Under the pieces are notes generated by a model. The model worked only from the letters and a program-made list of their open reading frames with translations, ran no database searches and was not told the origin of the DNA. Shown here one piece after another: positions 1-10,908 of a DNA stretch of 64,000 bases; within the stretch, counting starts at the first letter, position 1, and every line of letters begins with the position of its first letter. The position numbers and the translations under genes were made by a program. The stretch spans positions 4,878 through 68,877 of the forward strand of contig CAZBGV010000003.1 in the NCBI GenBank assembly GCA_964491485.1, written 5' to 3'. This DNA comes from an uncultured Woeseiaceae bacterium. Lineage in GTDB: Bacteria; Pseudomonadota; Gammaproteobacteria; Steroidobacterales; Woeseiaceae.

Positions 1-79
1 GCTTTCGAGCTTGGATTTAGAGCAGGGGTGAGCAGACCAAGCGTTCTGGCTCACTAATCCAATACATTCGACAATTACA

Positions 80-901
80 ATGCAAAAGACCACCTGTTTC
101 GATGCCTTCGAGCAAGGTGTGCTGGCCGTTCAATCAGGCGAACTTATTGAGTCTGTCAGCGCCAAGGATAAGGAATTTCATTTTCAGAATTGGTTCCAGA
201 GGCGTCTGGAATCACTCGATGTTCATTTCGAAGGCTCGGGCCGCAATACCTATCCCGACTTCTGTCTCGTCGAGGCTGCGGAGGGATACGAAGTTAAGGG
301 GCTGGCTTGGCCAGGGCGCGAGCGGGACTACGACGCCAACAGTCAGGTACCGACCGGTTATCACAACGGTCGTCAAATCTTCTATGTTTTTGGACGGTAC
401 CCGTCCGATTTAAGCCAATTTCCGGAAGAAAGCGGCGGTCGACGACAATATCCGGTAATTGATCTAGTTTTGTGCCATGGCGATTTTTTGAACGTGGATC
501 ATAATTACGTTCATAAGAACCGGAGCGTCAAGGGCTTTGGCACGTACGGCGATATTATGATTCGCGATCGAAAAATGTACGTTGCGCCGACTCCATTTGC
601 TCTGACTGAAGGCACGAACGGCTTAATGACTTTGATCGTGCCGGAGAAAATAGGTCCGGATCCTCGCTTTAGAGTGGTAGGTCGCCTGACTCGTGTGGAG
701 GCGACAAAGCTCGTCGTCGGTTATACGTTCGACCTTCGCACAAATCAGATCAAAGCTGAGATGGCGCACAACCCTAATGCTGGGACGGAGCATAAATTTA
801 TCGCCTATCGGTTAAAGTCCCAGGCATCAAAGCCCGTTTCGATGTCATCGGAGTCGCCCGAGAATCTACTCGGGCTGGCCCGAAGTGTGGACAGCGAATG
901 A
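80..901 (+). CDS. putative type II restriction endonuclease (PD-(D/E)xK fold)
   Basis: 273-aa ORF. It has a YPDF..10 aa..EVK motif (aa 58-72) of PD-(D/E)xK type. Its stop overlaps the start of the adjacent methyltransferase (ATGA at 898-901). Low GC. Confidence 0.55.
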   Translation: MQKTTCFDAFEQGVLAVQSGELIESVSAKDKEFHFQNWFQRRLESLDVHFEGSGRNTYPDFCLVEAAEGYEVKGLAWPGRERDYDANSQVPTGYHNGRQIFYVFGRYPSDLSQFPEESGGRRQYPVIDLVLCHGDFLNVDHNYVHKNRSVKGFGTYGDIMIRDRKMYVAPTPFALTEGTNGLMTLIVPEKIGPDPRFRVVGRLTRVEATKLVVGYTFDLRTNQIKAEMAHNPNAGTEHKFIAYRLKSQASKPVSMSSESPENLLGLARSVDSE

Positions 902-3069
902 GTGCCGTGCCGGGAAGCCAGCATGATTGTGCTCGGAAAACTGCACTCGAGCAAAGGTTTCCGATCGTAGAGATTAGCCAGATTTCTGAGCAGGAGAGCT
1001 GGCGCAAAGAAATCAATCGGCCCATTTACCACATTCATAAGTGGTGGGCCACACGGCTCGGATCTGTGTTCCGCGCCATAGCGCTTGCAGCACTATCCCC
1101 TTCGGATACGGATATCTGGAAAGCGTTCTACACACTTCATTCATGCGACGGGAAAGTTGTTCTCGATCCATTTATGGGGAGCGGAACAACACTGGGCGAA
1201 GCGATCAAACTCGGTGCGAAGGCGATCGGATGCGACATCAATCCAGTCAGCACGTTTTTGGTTCGGCAAGCGCTTACTCGTGTTCCTGAGTCCACTTTAT
1301 GGCATACATATCGGCAGCTCGAACGGGAGGTTGCGCCGGAGATACATCGCTACTACAGAACAACCGATCCAGAATCCGGTGAGCCGCTTCAGGTTCTCTA
1401 TTTCTTTTGGGTGAAAGTCGTCGAAACGCCCGACGGCGAATCAATACCGCTTTTCACTCGATATGTTTTTGCGCAAGACGCGTATCCGAGGAAGAAACCC
1501 GCCGCCCGAATAATCTGCCCTAGTTGTTGGGCTATTAATGAAGCAAGGTTCGATACCAATCATCTTGTATGTTTGTCGTGCAAGCATCGCTTTAATCCTC
1601 AGCATGGGCCAGCAAAAGGCCAGTTCGTGATCGATAAGGAAGGTAAACGCCACCGCATCAAGGATGTTCTGCCGAAGGACGGAACACCGCCCAAGCATCG
1701 CCTCTATGCGATGCTTGCCGTGCGGCCTGACGGTGCGAAGGTTTATTTGCCCCCTCGTGCACAGGATTTTGCCCTCTTTGAGGAGGCCGCTGCACGTCTT
1801 GCGCGAGAGGAATTGCCATTGCCGACCTTGGGGGTCAGACCTGGGCACAATACCGATCAGGCCCGCGGGTATAACTATCTCAACTGGCGAGATTTTTTTA
1901 ACGAGCGTCAACTCCTTTGCTTGGGTCTGTTGTTGAAGGCCATTCTTCGAATCGAAAACGATGTAGTGCGTGAACAATTCGTATGCTTATTCTCTAGCAC
2001 CCTCGAATTTAATAATCTGTTTTGCAGCTACAAGGGAGAAGGAACTGGAGCAGTTCGGCATATGTTCTCCAATCACATTTTGAAGCCGGAGCGTGCTCCT
2101 CTTGAGAATTCTGTGTGGGGTACTGCCAAGAGTAGCGGCACTTTCTGTTCTCTATTTGAATCGCGATTGCTGCGAGCGAAGCGCTATCTTGACGAGCCGG
2201 TAGAAGTAGCTTTCGACACAGACCTGCTAGGAGGTCGGGGCGCTCGCCGAAAGATTCTGGCAAGCAAGCCGATTGCAGTCGATATCTATGAAGCGTGGGA
2301 ACCTTTTTCCTCGGCGACTCAAGGGGCGCTGGTGCTAAATGGTGATAGCTCGAGCCTGCCATTACCTGATTCGTCTGTCGACGCGGTGTTAACCGACCCA
2401 CCGTACTTTGATTTTGTTCACTATAGTGAGCTGAGCGATTTCTTTTTCGCTTGGCTTTCTCCGGTGTTGAAGAATCGGTATTCATGGTTTGCACGTGCAG
2501 ATTCATCGTCTGAGGGAGAGGTTCAGCACAAAGATCCGCTTGCTTTTGCAAGGCAGCTATCCAAAGTCTTCGCTGAGTGTCGCCGTGTCCTGAAGCATGA
2601 CGGCGTGCTTGCATTTAGCTTTCATCACTCACGGGAGGAGGGGTGGGCAGCCATCCACGAGGCATTAACTGCCGCCGGGCTTGAGGTAGTCGCTGCATAC
2701 CCGGTCCATGCTGAAATGCGTGGTGCGAGCCCGAAGAGCGCGTCAAAAGCTCCGATCAGTCTTGATGCCATTCTTGTTTGTCGCAAGCATGTGGCATCTC
2801 CGTCTTACTCAGATAACATATCGCAGATCCTTGCTAGAACCGACGAGTACGCGCTCCGCTTAGCGGATGCCGGAATGACTATCTCGTCGGCCGACAGGTT
2901 TGTGATCGCAGCGTCCCAAACGCTGATTTCCACAACCGCGAGTGAGCTGAACTTCGAACAGATCAAAGCCAAGTTGAAATCCGTCCGCCGTAACCTTGAA
3001 GTCAGCGTGGTCACGTTGGGTTCCAGTAGTTACGGCACCGACGCCGCCGCTCGGGGCAGCCGTGCCTGA
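898..3069 (+). CDS. DNA methyltransferase, DUF1156/COG1743-like with Zn-ribbon (N6-A/N4-C class)
   Basis: 723 aa. Motifs seen: N-terminal IHKWWATRLGSVF (DUF1156-like), SAM-binding DPFMGSGTTLGEA, a CPSC..CLSC Zn-ribbon, and the catalytic LTDPPYFDF motif near the C-terminus. Confidence 0.85.
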   Translation: MSAVPGSQHDCARKTALEQRFPIVEISQISEQESWRKEINRPIYHIHKWWATRLGSVFRAIALAALSPSDTDIWKAFYTLHSCDGKVVLDPFMGSGTTLGEAIKLGAKAIGCDINPVSTFLVRQALTRVPESTLWHTYRQLEREVAPEIHRYYRTTDPESGEPLQVLYFFWVKVVETPDGESIPLFTRYVFAQDAYPRKKPAARIICPSCWAINEARFDTNHLVCLSCKHRFNPQHGPAKGQFVIDKEGKRHRIKDVLPKDGTPPKHRLYAMLAVRPDGAKVYLPPRAQDFALFEEAAARLAREELPLPTLGVRPGHNTDQARGYNYLNWRDFFNERQLLCLGLLLKAILRIENDVVREQFVCLFSSTLEFNNLFCSYKGEGTGAVRHMFSNHILKPERAPLENSVWGTAKSSGTFCSLFESRLLRAKRYLDEPVEVAFDTDLLGGRGARRKILASKPIAVDIYEAWEPFSSATQGALVLNGDSSSLPLPDSSVDAVLTDPPYFDFVHYSELSDFFFAWLSPVLKNRYSWFARADSSSEGEVQHKDPLAFARQLSKVFAECRRVLKHDGVLAFSFHHSREEGWAAIHEALTAAGLEVVAAYPVHAEMRGASPKSASKAPISLDAILVCRKHVASPSYSDNISQILARTDEYALRLADAGMTISSADRFVIAASQTLISTTASELNFEQIKAKLKSVRRNLEVSVVTLGSSSYGTDAAARGSRA

Positions 3070-3140
3070 CCGCACCACGGCATGGATCGAAGAGCGAACG
3101 TTGGACTGTGCGAAAACGTTTAGCTGGGCTGGACGAACCC

Positions 3141-3162
3141 GTCTGCCGCATTAGCGGCAGAC
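3141..3162 (+). terminator. stem-loop downstream of the methyltransferase gene
   Basis: gtctgccgc-atta-gcggcagac forms a perfect 9-bp stem. No U-tract follows. Confidence 0.3.
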
Positions 3163-3535
3163 ATCGCCGGATTGGTGCTGCAGAGGGCATAGTCGCGCTC
3201 CGCGCTGGCGTTCTACTCAGCGGGTAGCAGCTGGCTCGCGCCCGGTTTGGAGAGCAGCCCTGCAGACGTCTACCATGTTGCTGGAAGTGTCAGCGGAGCC
3301 GTAAAGAGAATTACGAAAGCGACCCATTTCAGCGGACACGCAGCAGTAGCGCATTCTCGAGCAAGTTTCGAGGAAGCGCCGCAAGTCAGCGCCACTACAT
3401 GAGAAGTCGGGGCGGGTATGCAACTCTCTGATCTATTCGCGACAGTTCCATTTTCCCGACGAGGCCGTTTATCATCAACTACCTCGCAGGCAATACATCG
3501 AGGCTCGGGCCGGCCGGCTCCTGGCAGGGGAACGC

Positions 3536-3799
3536 ATGACCGACCTGCATCGTACAAGAGTCAGCATGAGAGTCCGGTGGCTCGTCGGCCTGCTGCTGCT
3601 CATCCCGATCGTCGGTCCGCTGCTCGTCGGCACCTATGCCCGCAACGAGCCCGAGCTCGCCGGCTTTCCCTTCTACTACTGGTACCAGTTGCTGTGGATC
3701 CCCATCGGTGCCGCCTGCACGGCGATTGCGTACCGGCTGCTCCTGCGGGCCAGGGAGCGTGAGGCGGGACAGCACCGCCCCGGGGGCGAATCCGCGTGA
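3536..3799 (+). CDS. DUF3311-like small membrane protein (partner of the SSS transporter)
   Basis: 87 aa with two TM helices and an FPFYYWYQLLW motif. Its stop overlaps the GTG start of the symporter gene (GTGA). The start could instead be M11 (3566). Confidence 0.7.
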   Translation: MTDLHRTRVSMRVRWLVGLLLLIPIVGPLLVGTYARNEPELAGFPFYYWYQLLWIPIGAACTAIAYRLLLRAREREAGQHRPGGESA

Positions 3800-5406
3800 A
3801 CGGCACCATCGACTGGATCGCGGTCGGCGTATTCCTGTTCTTCTTCCTGCTGGTCACCGTCCTCGGTTTCCTGGCGGCGCGCTGGCGTGCCGGGAAGGGG
3901 CTGGACAGCCTGCACGAGTGGGGTCTCGCCGGGCGCGGCTTCGGGACGTTCGTCGCGTGGTTCCTGATCGGCGGCGACCTGTACACGGCGTACACCTTCA
4001 TAGCGGTTCCCGCGCTGCTGTACGCCGGCAACGTGGTGGGCTTCTTCGCCGTGCCTTACACGGTCCTCGTCTACCCGCTGATCTTCATCTTCCTGCCGCG
4101 GCTCTGGTCGGTTTCGCACCGCCACGGCTACTGCACGACGGCGGATTTCGTGCTCGGCCGCTACGGCTCGCGCAGCCTGGCGCTCGCCGTGTCGCTGACG
4201 GGCATCCTCGCAACGATGCCGTACATCGCGTTGCAGCTCGTCGGCATCCAGGTGGTGCTCGAGACGATGGGCATCGGCGGCGGGGCAGGCGCTTCGCTGC
4301 TGGAGCGCGACCTGCCGCTGTTCGTCGCTTTCGCCGTGCTGGCGGCCTACACCTACTCGTCCGGCTTGCGGGCGCCTGCCCTGATCGCCTTCGTGAAGGA
4401 CTCGCTCATCTACATCGTGATCCTGACGGCGGTCATTTACCTGCCGCTCAAGCTGGGCGGTTGGGGCGCCATTTTCGACGTGGCGCAGCAGAAATTCGAC
4501 CAGCCCGGGACGCCGACGACCGGCACCCTGCCGCCGGAGTCGCTCCATTGGGCGTATGCATCGCTGGCGCTCGGCTCGGCGCTCGCGCTCTTCATGTATC
4601 CGCACTCGATCACGGCTTCGTTGTCGACGAAGAACCGTAACGTGCTGCGGCGCAACGCGGCCCTTTTGCCTGCCTATTCCTTCCTGCTCGGGCTGCTGGC
4701 ACTGCTCGGTTTCGTCGCGCTGGCCGCCGGTGTGACCGTCGACAACCCGCAGCTCGCGATCCCCGCGCTGTTCCAGCAGGAGTTCCCCTCGTGGTTTGCC
4801 GGGACCGCCTTCGCGGCCATTGCCATCGGCGCCCTCGTGCCGGCGGCGATCATGTCGATTGCGGCCGCCAACCTGTGGACGCGCAACGTCTACAAGCCTT
4901 TCATCAAACCCGACATGACGCACGCGGACGAAGCGAGGCAGGCGAAGCTGATGTCCCTGCTGGTGAAGTTCGGCGCGCTCGTTTTCGTGCTCGGCCTGCC
5001 GACGAAGTTCGCCATCAACCTGCAGCTGCTCGGCGGCGTGTGGGTCCTGCAGACGTTCCCCGCGATCGTGATCCCGCTCTACACCCGCTGGTTTCACCGG
5101 CGGGCGCTGTTTTGCGGCTGGCTCGCCGGGATGGCTTACGGGACGTGGACGGCCTGGCAGGCGAATTTCTCGGCGGTGGCCAAAGTGCCGTTCACGGAAA
5201 CGGTCGGGTACATCGCGCTGACCGCGTTCGCGATCAACGTCGCGGTCGCCGTGCTGCTGACCGTGGCACTGCGCGCGCTCCGGGCAGCGGAGGGCAGCGA
5301 CGAGACGGTGCCGGCGGACTATTACGCGGATGCCGGCGACGAAGGCGTGGTGCCCGTCGCGGACGCGTGCCCCGCGGCGGCTCCGGCCGGCGACCGCTAC
5401 TCGTAG
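3796..5406 (+). CDS. sodium:solute symporter family transporter (MctP/ActP-like)
   Basis: 536 aa, polytopic with about 13 TM segments. SSS-family sequence pattern and the typical pairing with DUF3311. Confidence 0.9.
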   Translation: MNGTIDWIAVGVFLFFFLLVTVLGFLAARWRAGKGLDSLHEWGLAGRGFGTFVAWFLIGGDLYTAYTFIAVPALLYAGNVVGFFAVPYTVLVYPLIFIFLPRLWSVSHRHGYCTTADFVLGRYGSRSLALAVSLTGILATMPYIALQLVGIQVVLETMGIGGGAGASLLERDLPLFVAFAVLAAYTYSSGLRAPALIAFVKDSLIYIVILTAVIYLPLKLGGWGAIFDVAQQKFDQPGTPTTGTLPPESLHWAYASLALGSALALFMYPHSITASLSTKNRNVLRRNAALLPAYSFLLGLLALLGFVALAAGVTVDNPQLAIPALFQQEFPSWFAGTAFAAIAIGALVPAAIMSIAAANLWTRNVYKPFIKPDMTHADEARQAKLMSLLVKFGALVFVLGLPTKFAINLQLLGGVWVLQTFPAIVIPLYTRWFHRRALFCGWLAGMAYGTWTAWQANFSAVAKVPFTETVGYIALTAFAINVAVAVLLTVALRALRAAEGSDETVPADYYADAGDEGVVPVADACPAAAPAGDRYS

Positions 5407-6622
5407 CGCAGCGATTCGATCGGGTCGAGCTGCGCGGCCTTCGCGGCGGGCAGGATGCCGAAAACGACGCCGACGGCCGCGGAAAAGCCGACCGAGAGCG
5501 CAATCGCCCACGCCGGCACGTGCGCGGGCGGGAAGCTCGGCAGCATCGAGGCGACCAGCGCGCCGATGCCCCAGCCGAGCGCGATGCCGAGCAGGCCGCC
5601 GAGCAGGCACAAGAGCACGGCTTCGATCAGGAACTGCAGCAGGATGTCGACGCGGCGCGCGCCGAGCGCCTTCAGGATGCCGATCTCGCGCGTGCGCTCG
5701 GTGACCGACACCAGCATGATGTTCATGATGCCGATGCCGCCGACCAGCAGCGAGATCCCGACGATGCCCGCCGCCACCGCCGTGATGGTGTTGACGACCG
5801 AGTTGAAGGATTCGGTCAGCTGCTCGGCGGTTTGCACGCGGAAATCGTCATCTTCGCCGGACGCCAGCCCGTGCTGCTGCCGGAGGACGCGGCGGATGCG
5901 TTCCTCGATCTCCGCCATCTCCTCCAGGTCGTCTACGAGGAGCTGGACCTGGATGTCGAATTCCCGCGATGCGCCGAGCAGCCGTTGCATGGTGGCGTAC
6001 GGCAGCAGCACGTAGTTGTCCTGCGAGAAACCGAAGATTTCCCCGCGCGTTTCCATTACGCCGACGACCTTGCACCACTCCTCGCCGATGCGGATGAACT
6101 CGCCGAGGCCGCCGTCCTCGAGCTCGAGGTCCTCGACGACGTCCGACCCGACCAGGCAGACGAGCCGGCGGCGCTCGTTGTCGCTGCGCGTGAAGAACCG
6201 GCCCTGCTGCGGATACGAGCGGTTCACGTCCATGTAGCTGCTGCCCACGCCGAACGCGCGCGTGAAAGTCGTTTGCGCGCGGTAGCCGACGTTGACCATC
6301 TGGTTGCGCGGGTCGTACAGGAGCGGCGTCACGCTCGATATGCCGTCGACCCGGTGCTCGATGGCGCGCAGGTCGTCCTCGGTGAGTTTCGCGATCCGCC
6401 CCTGGAAGTATTTCTCGCGCGGGGTGTACGAGGAGATCGTGACCGAATTCGATCCCAGGCCCTGGAACTGCGCGTTGATCATGTATGACATGCCCTGCAC
6501 GATGGACACGACGGCCACGACGGATGCCACGCCGATGATGATGCCGAGCGCCGTCAGGAAAGAGCGGAAAGCGTGCGCACGGATCGCGGCGAATGCCGAG
6601 CGCAGGCTTTCGAGCAGCAGGC

Positions 6623-6626
<4 letters not shown>
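5397..6626 (-). CDS. ABC transporter permease, FtsX/MacB-type
   Basis: The track frame 5397..6872 was trimmed to a TTG at 6624-6626 that overlaps the ATPase stop (TTGA). It has an N-terminal TM (FLTALGIIIGVASVV), a periplasmic domain, and a C-terminal FtsX TM bundle. Confidence 0.85.
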
Positions 6627-7314
<688 letters not shown>

Positions 7315-7318
<4 letters not shown>

Positions 7319-8520
7319 CCGGCCTCCATCGCTGCCTTCCCGGCTTCCTTTTCCGCTGCCGCTTCGATCACCCGGTCGCCGGGCCGCAGGTTGCGGAGGG
7401 TGCGGAACGGGCCGGACACGACCGTTTCGCCGGCGCGGAGCCCCTCCCTGATCTCCGCCAGCGAATCCGACGAAAGGCCGAGCGTTACCTCGCGGCGCAC
7501 CGCGTGCCCGTTCTCGACGGCGAACACGTACGGCTGCTCGGCCTCGTCGCCGGCTTCGCCGTCGTACAGCACCGCTTGCAGCGGGATTGCGAGGCCGTCT
7601 TCGCTCGATTCCGTGTAGATCTCGGCGCGGGCGCTCATGCCGGGCCGCACGCCGACGGAGCCCGGGTCGTCGAGCCGGATCTTGACCTCGAACGAGAGGT
7701 TCTGCTGGTTTGCGGCGCGCGCCGCCGACGCAGCGATGGATTCGACCACCCCGGCAATCGCGGTGTCCGGGAACGCCGAGGCGTAGATGGCCGCCGGCTG
7801 CCCCAGCCGGATCTCGGCGATGTCCGCTTCGTCCACGTTCACCTCGGCGAGCATCACGGACGGATCCGCGATGATCGCGAGCTCGGACCCCGGAATGTTG
7901 GTCGTGCTCATGATCACGGCCTCGCCCGGACGCAGGTCGAGCTTGATCACGACGCCGTCGATCGGCGAGCGGATTTCCGTGCGCGCGAGGTTGTCGCGCG
8001 CCTGCGCGAGCGCGGCTTCGGCCTGGGACAGGTACTGCTCGCGCGAGCGCAGGTCGATCCCCGCGAGCTCCAGCTCGTTCTGCGCCGCTTCGAACGTGTT
8101 CGAATCGATCAGCCGCTGGGCGTAGAGCTCGCGCTGGCGGCCCGTCTGGCGCTCGATGTTCTCGAGGAACACGCGCTGCCGCTCGATGGCGATCTTCTGC
8201 AGCCGGACGTTCGCTTCCTGCTGCTCGACCTGGGCGCGATACTGCTCCTGGTCGAGGGTGATGATCACCTGGCCGGCGGACACCTCGTCGCCTTCCTCGA
8301 CCAGCACGGCCTCGACCTTGCCGACGACCTCCGGCCGCAGCAGCACCTCGTCGCGGTAGGCGAGGGCACCGGAGGAGAGAATCGCGCTGCGTACCGCCTG
8401 CGCCTTCACCTCGGTCAGCTCGACCGATTTGGCGTCGTCTCCGCCGGTGAGCTTCGCCGCCAGCGGCACGCCGACGATCAGGACCCCGAGGCCGACGAAG
8501 ATGACCGCCTTGCGGTTCAT
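7315..8520 (-). CDS. efflux periplasmic adaptor (HlyD/MacA membrane-fusion family)
   Basis: 401 aa with an N-terminal TM, lipoyl-like segments and a coiled coil. It overlaps the ATPase gene by 4 nt. Confidence 0.9.
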
Positions 8521-8530
8521 CCGCCGGGCG

Positions 8531-9259
8531 TCAGGTGGCGATCAGGAGCGCCCAGATGCCGAAGACCAGCACCCAGGGCGTCACGGTGACCAGCGCCGCC
8601 TTCATCGTCGACGAGCGCGTCCAGCGGGCATAGCCGAGCACCATGAGCGCGAGCGTCCAGAAGTTCACGAGCGTGAGCGTGTTGCCCCAGTTGAACCAGG
8701 GGTCGCCGGCTTCTGCGTGGATGACGAGCGAGTTCAGCGACAGCGGGACCAGCTCGTTGATGGGGAGCTGATTGCCGTCGGCGAGGAGCATGACCGCGAA
8801 CGCGGCGAGCCCATTGACGACACCCACGAAAGAGGTCCAGGCGGAGAACGAGAACCATTGCCCGTAGCCCAGCGACGGGTCGCCGGCGACCTTGTTGACG
8901 AGGTGCAGGTAGACGGCCTGGACGGCGAGAATCACGAGCGTCATCAGAACGATCGCGATCGTGCTGAACAGCATCTGCCGGCCGGGCGAGAAAAAGCCCC
9001 GCATCGCCTCCGCCTGCTCGGCGGATGCGCCTTGCGCCGCCATCTGCGCAACCGTCTCGTCGATGAACCAATCGAAGTCGACCCAGCTCCAGTAATACAC
9101 GTACGCGCCGATCGTGACCGCGAGCAGGATCAGGAGCGGCCACCAGCACCAGCGCGGATGGCCGCGGACCCCGTCCAGTGCTTGTGAGGGCGCCGCGACG
9201 ATATCGGTCAGCGCGTTGAGGATCGTGTAGCCGGCAGCCGGCGTCGCTGTCACGTTCAT
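8531..9259 (-). CDS. Yip1-family integral membrane protein
   Basis: This is the C-terminal 242 codons of track ORF 8531..11890, starting at an ATG (MNVTATPAAGY) preceded by GGGGG. It has five hydrophobic helices. The upstream part of the track ORF is an Arg/Ala-rich shadow frame. Confidence 0.7.
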   Translation of the reverse strand: MNVTATPAAGYTILNALTDIVAAPSQALDGVRGHPRWCWWPLLILLAVTIGAYVYYWSWVDFDWFIDETVAQMAAQGASAEQAEAMRGFFSPGRQMLFSTIAIVLMTLVILAVQAVYLHLVNKVAGDPSLGYGQWFSFSAWTSFVGVVNGLAAFAVMLLADGNQLPINELVPLSLNSLVIHAEAGDPWFNWGNTLTLVNFWTLALMVLGYARWTRSSTMKAALVTVTPWVLVFGIWALLIAT

Positions 9260-9330
9260 GACGGAATACCCCCGGGATGGCTCATCGCTTGGCGGATGAT
9301 TCCCGGGTACTGTACCAGATCGTGGAACGG

Positions 9331-10878
9331 CTAAAGCAGCCAGTCGATCGGCAGCCAGGACAGGAGCTCGACGACGCCGCGCTCCCAGGCCGTGGTGCCG
9401 GGCTCGGTGTCGTGGCGGATCCGCTCGCCGTCGTGCTGCTCCACCCAGCAGAGGTCCCCGTCGGCGGCGAGCTGCACGCGGTAAGCCACTTCCGGGATCG
9501 CCTCGTCGAACAGCTGGCCGAGCCGGCCCGCGAGATAGGGGCTGTCGATCACGAAACCGAGCTCCGTGTTCAGGCTGGCCGAGCGCTGATCGAGGTTGAA
9601 CGAGCCGATGAAGATACGCGAGCGGTCCGCGGCGATGGTTTTCGCGTGCAGGCTGGTCGCCGAGCTGCCGAAAGGCCCGGCGACCCGCTCCTCGGGGGCG
9701 GCCGACCCGACGAGGCGCATCTCGAACAGCGCGACGCCGGCGGCGAGCAGCTCCGGCCGCCACTTGACGTAGCCCGAATGCACGGCCTTGACGTCGGTTG
9801 CTTCCAGCGAGTTCACGAGGATGCGGACCCTGACGCCGCCCTTCGCCATGCTGGTCAGCGTCTCGACGGCGGTCCGGGTCGGCACGAAATACGGGGAGAC
9901 GAGGTCGAGCTCCGTGCCGACCGGCCCGAGAGCATCGGTCAGGAGCCGCGGGAAATGCGTTTCCGGCGGCGCGAGCCCGAGGCCCTTGGCGGGGTCGTCG
10001 CTCAGCATCTGCACGGGGGCCCATTCCAGGGTGAGCGATCCCGCGAGCAGCTCGTCGACGGGCCCGGCGCCCTGCAGGGCCTCGAGCCGTGCCGCCGCTG
10101 CCGGTGAGGGCGCGAGCAGCTCGCGCACGCCGGCCCGGGGCGCCGGGAGCAGCGTGCCCGCGGGATGCGCGGAGCGGCTCGCCCAGTACTGGTCGAACTG
10201 CGTCGACACCTCGGCGACCACCGGCCCGACGGCCAGCACGTCGAGGTCCGAGAACGTCAGGGCGCCTGCGGGAGCCGCGTCGAAATATTCGTCGCCCACG
10301 TTGCGGCCGCCGATGAGGGTCACCTGGTTGTCGACAGTAAACGACTTGCTGTGCATGCGCCGGTTGAGGCGCATGAAATCCGTGACATAGCCGAGCAGGC
10401 GGGCACGGCGCAGCACGAACGGGTTGAACAGCCGCACTTCCACGTTCGGATGCGCATCGAGAGCGGCCAGCAGCGGGTCGAGCCCCGCGGTGCGGTTGTC
10501 GTCGAGCAGCAGGCGCACCCGCACGCCGCGCTCCGCGGCGTCGAAGAGGGCGCGGTACAGCAGCTTGCCCGTGAGGTCGTCGCGCCAGATGTAATACTGC
10601 GCGTCGATCGACCGCTCGGCGACCTGCGCGAGCCGGAGCCGCGCCGCGAACGCGTCCTGGCCGCCGGTCAGCGGGTAGACCCCGGAGCGGCCCGGGTGCG
10701 CGGCGACCTGCGGCGCGATCGCAACGCCGAGGCGGCTGTCGTCGGTATCGCGGAACGCTACGGACACGGAGCGGCCCTCGAGCGGCGGCAACGGGCTGGC
10801 GATATCGACCAGCACGAGCGCCGCGATCGTGCAGAGCAGCGCAACGATCCCCCTTCCCAGCGTCCTCCCACGCTTCAC
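9331..10878 (-). CDS. phospholipase D / cardiolipin-synthase-like protein
   Basis: Two HKD motifs (HSKSFTVD..GGRN and HAKTIAAD..GSFN) and an N-terminal TM/signal segment. Confidence 0.9.
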   Translation of the reverse strand: MKRGRTLGRGIVALLCTIAALVLVDIASPLPPLEGRSVSVAFRDTDDSRLGVAIAPQVAAHPGRSGVYPLTGGQDAFAARLRLAQVAERSIDAQYYIWRDDLTGKLLYRALFDAAERGVRVRLLLDDNRTAGLDPLLAALDAHPNVEVRLFNPFVLRRARLLGYVTDFMRLNRRMHSKSFTVDNQVTLIGGRNVGDEYFDAAPAGALTFSDLDVLAVGPVVAEVSTQFDQYWASRSAHPAGTLLPAPRAGVRELLAPSPAAAARLEALQGAGPVDELLAGSLTLEWAPVQMLSDDPAKGLGLAPPETHFPRLLTDALGPVGTELDLVSPYFVPTRTAVETLTSMAKGGVRVRILVNSLEATDVKAVHSGYVKWRPELLAAGVALFEMRLVGSAAPEERVAGPFGSSATSLHAKTIAADRSRIFIGSFNLDQRSASLNTELGFVIDSPYLAGRLGQLFDEAIPEVAYRVQLAADGDLCWVEQHDGERIRHDTEPGTTAWERGVVELLSWLPIDWLL

Positions 10879-10908
10879 CGGAGCAAGCGCTTGCGCCGCG
10901 CTCGACGG

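Larger units (their letters stand above)
1..3100. other. low-GC segment, putative horizontally acquired restriction-modification island (left edge outside the window)
   Basis: About 50 % GC by eye against about 68-70 % for the rest of the window. The transition lies in the non-coding stretch 3070-3535. No integrase, tRNA or flanking direct repeat is visible. Confidence 0.5.

Noticed and set aside
3070-3535. I searched the GC-transition zone for a tRNA or tmRNA 3' fragment, att-like direct repeats or integrase remnants.
   Set aside because: None was recognisable. Only a 9-bp-stem hairpin (3141-3162) and short, unconvincing ORFs are present.
3676-5610. Very long ORFs overlapping the called genes in other frames or strands. 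Examples: 3676..5610(-), 4791..6488(+), 16809..19232(-), 45424..47565(-), 45438..47804(+), 10165..12546(+), 59768..61465(-).
   Set aside because: Their translations are Arg/Ala/Gly/Pro-rich with no recognisable motifs. This is typical of stop-poor shadow frames in DNA of about 70 % GC. In each case the overlapping frame encodes a clearly recognisable protein.
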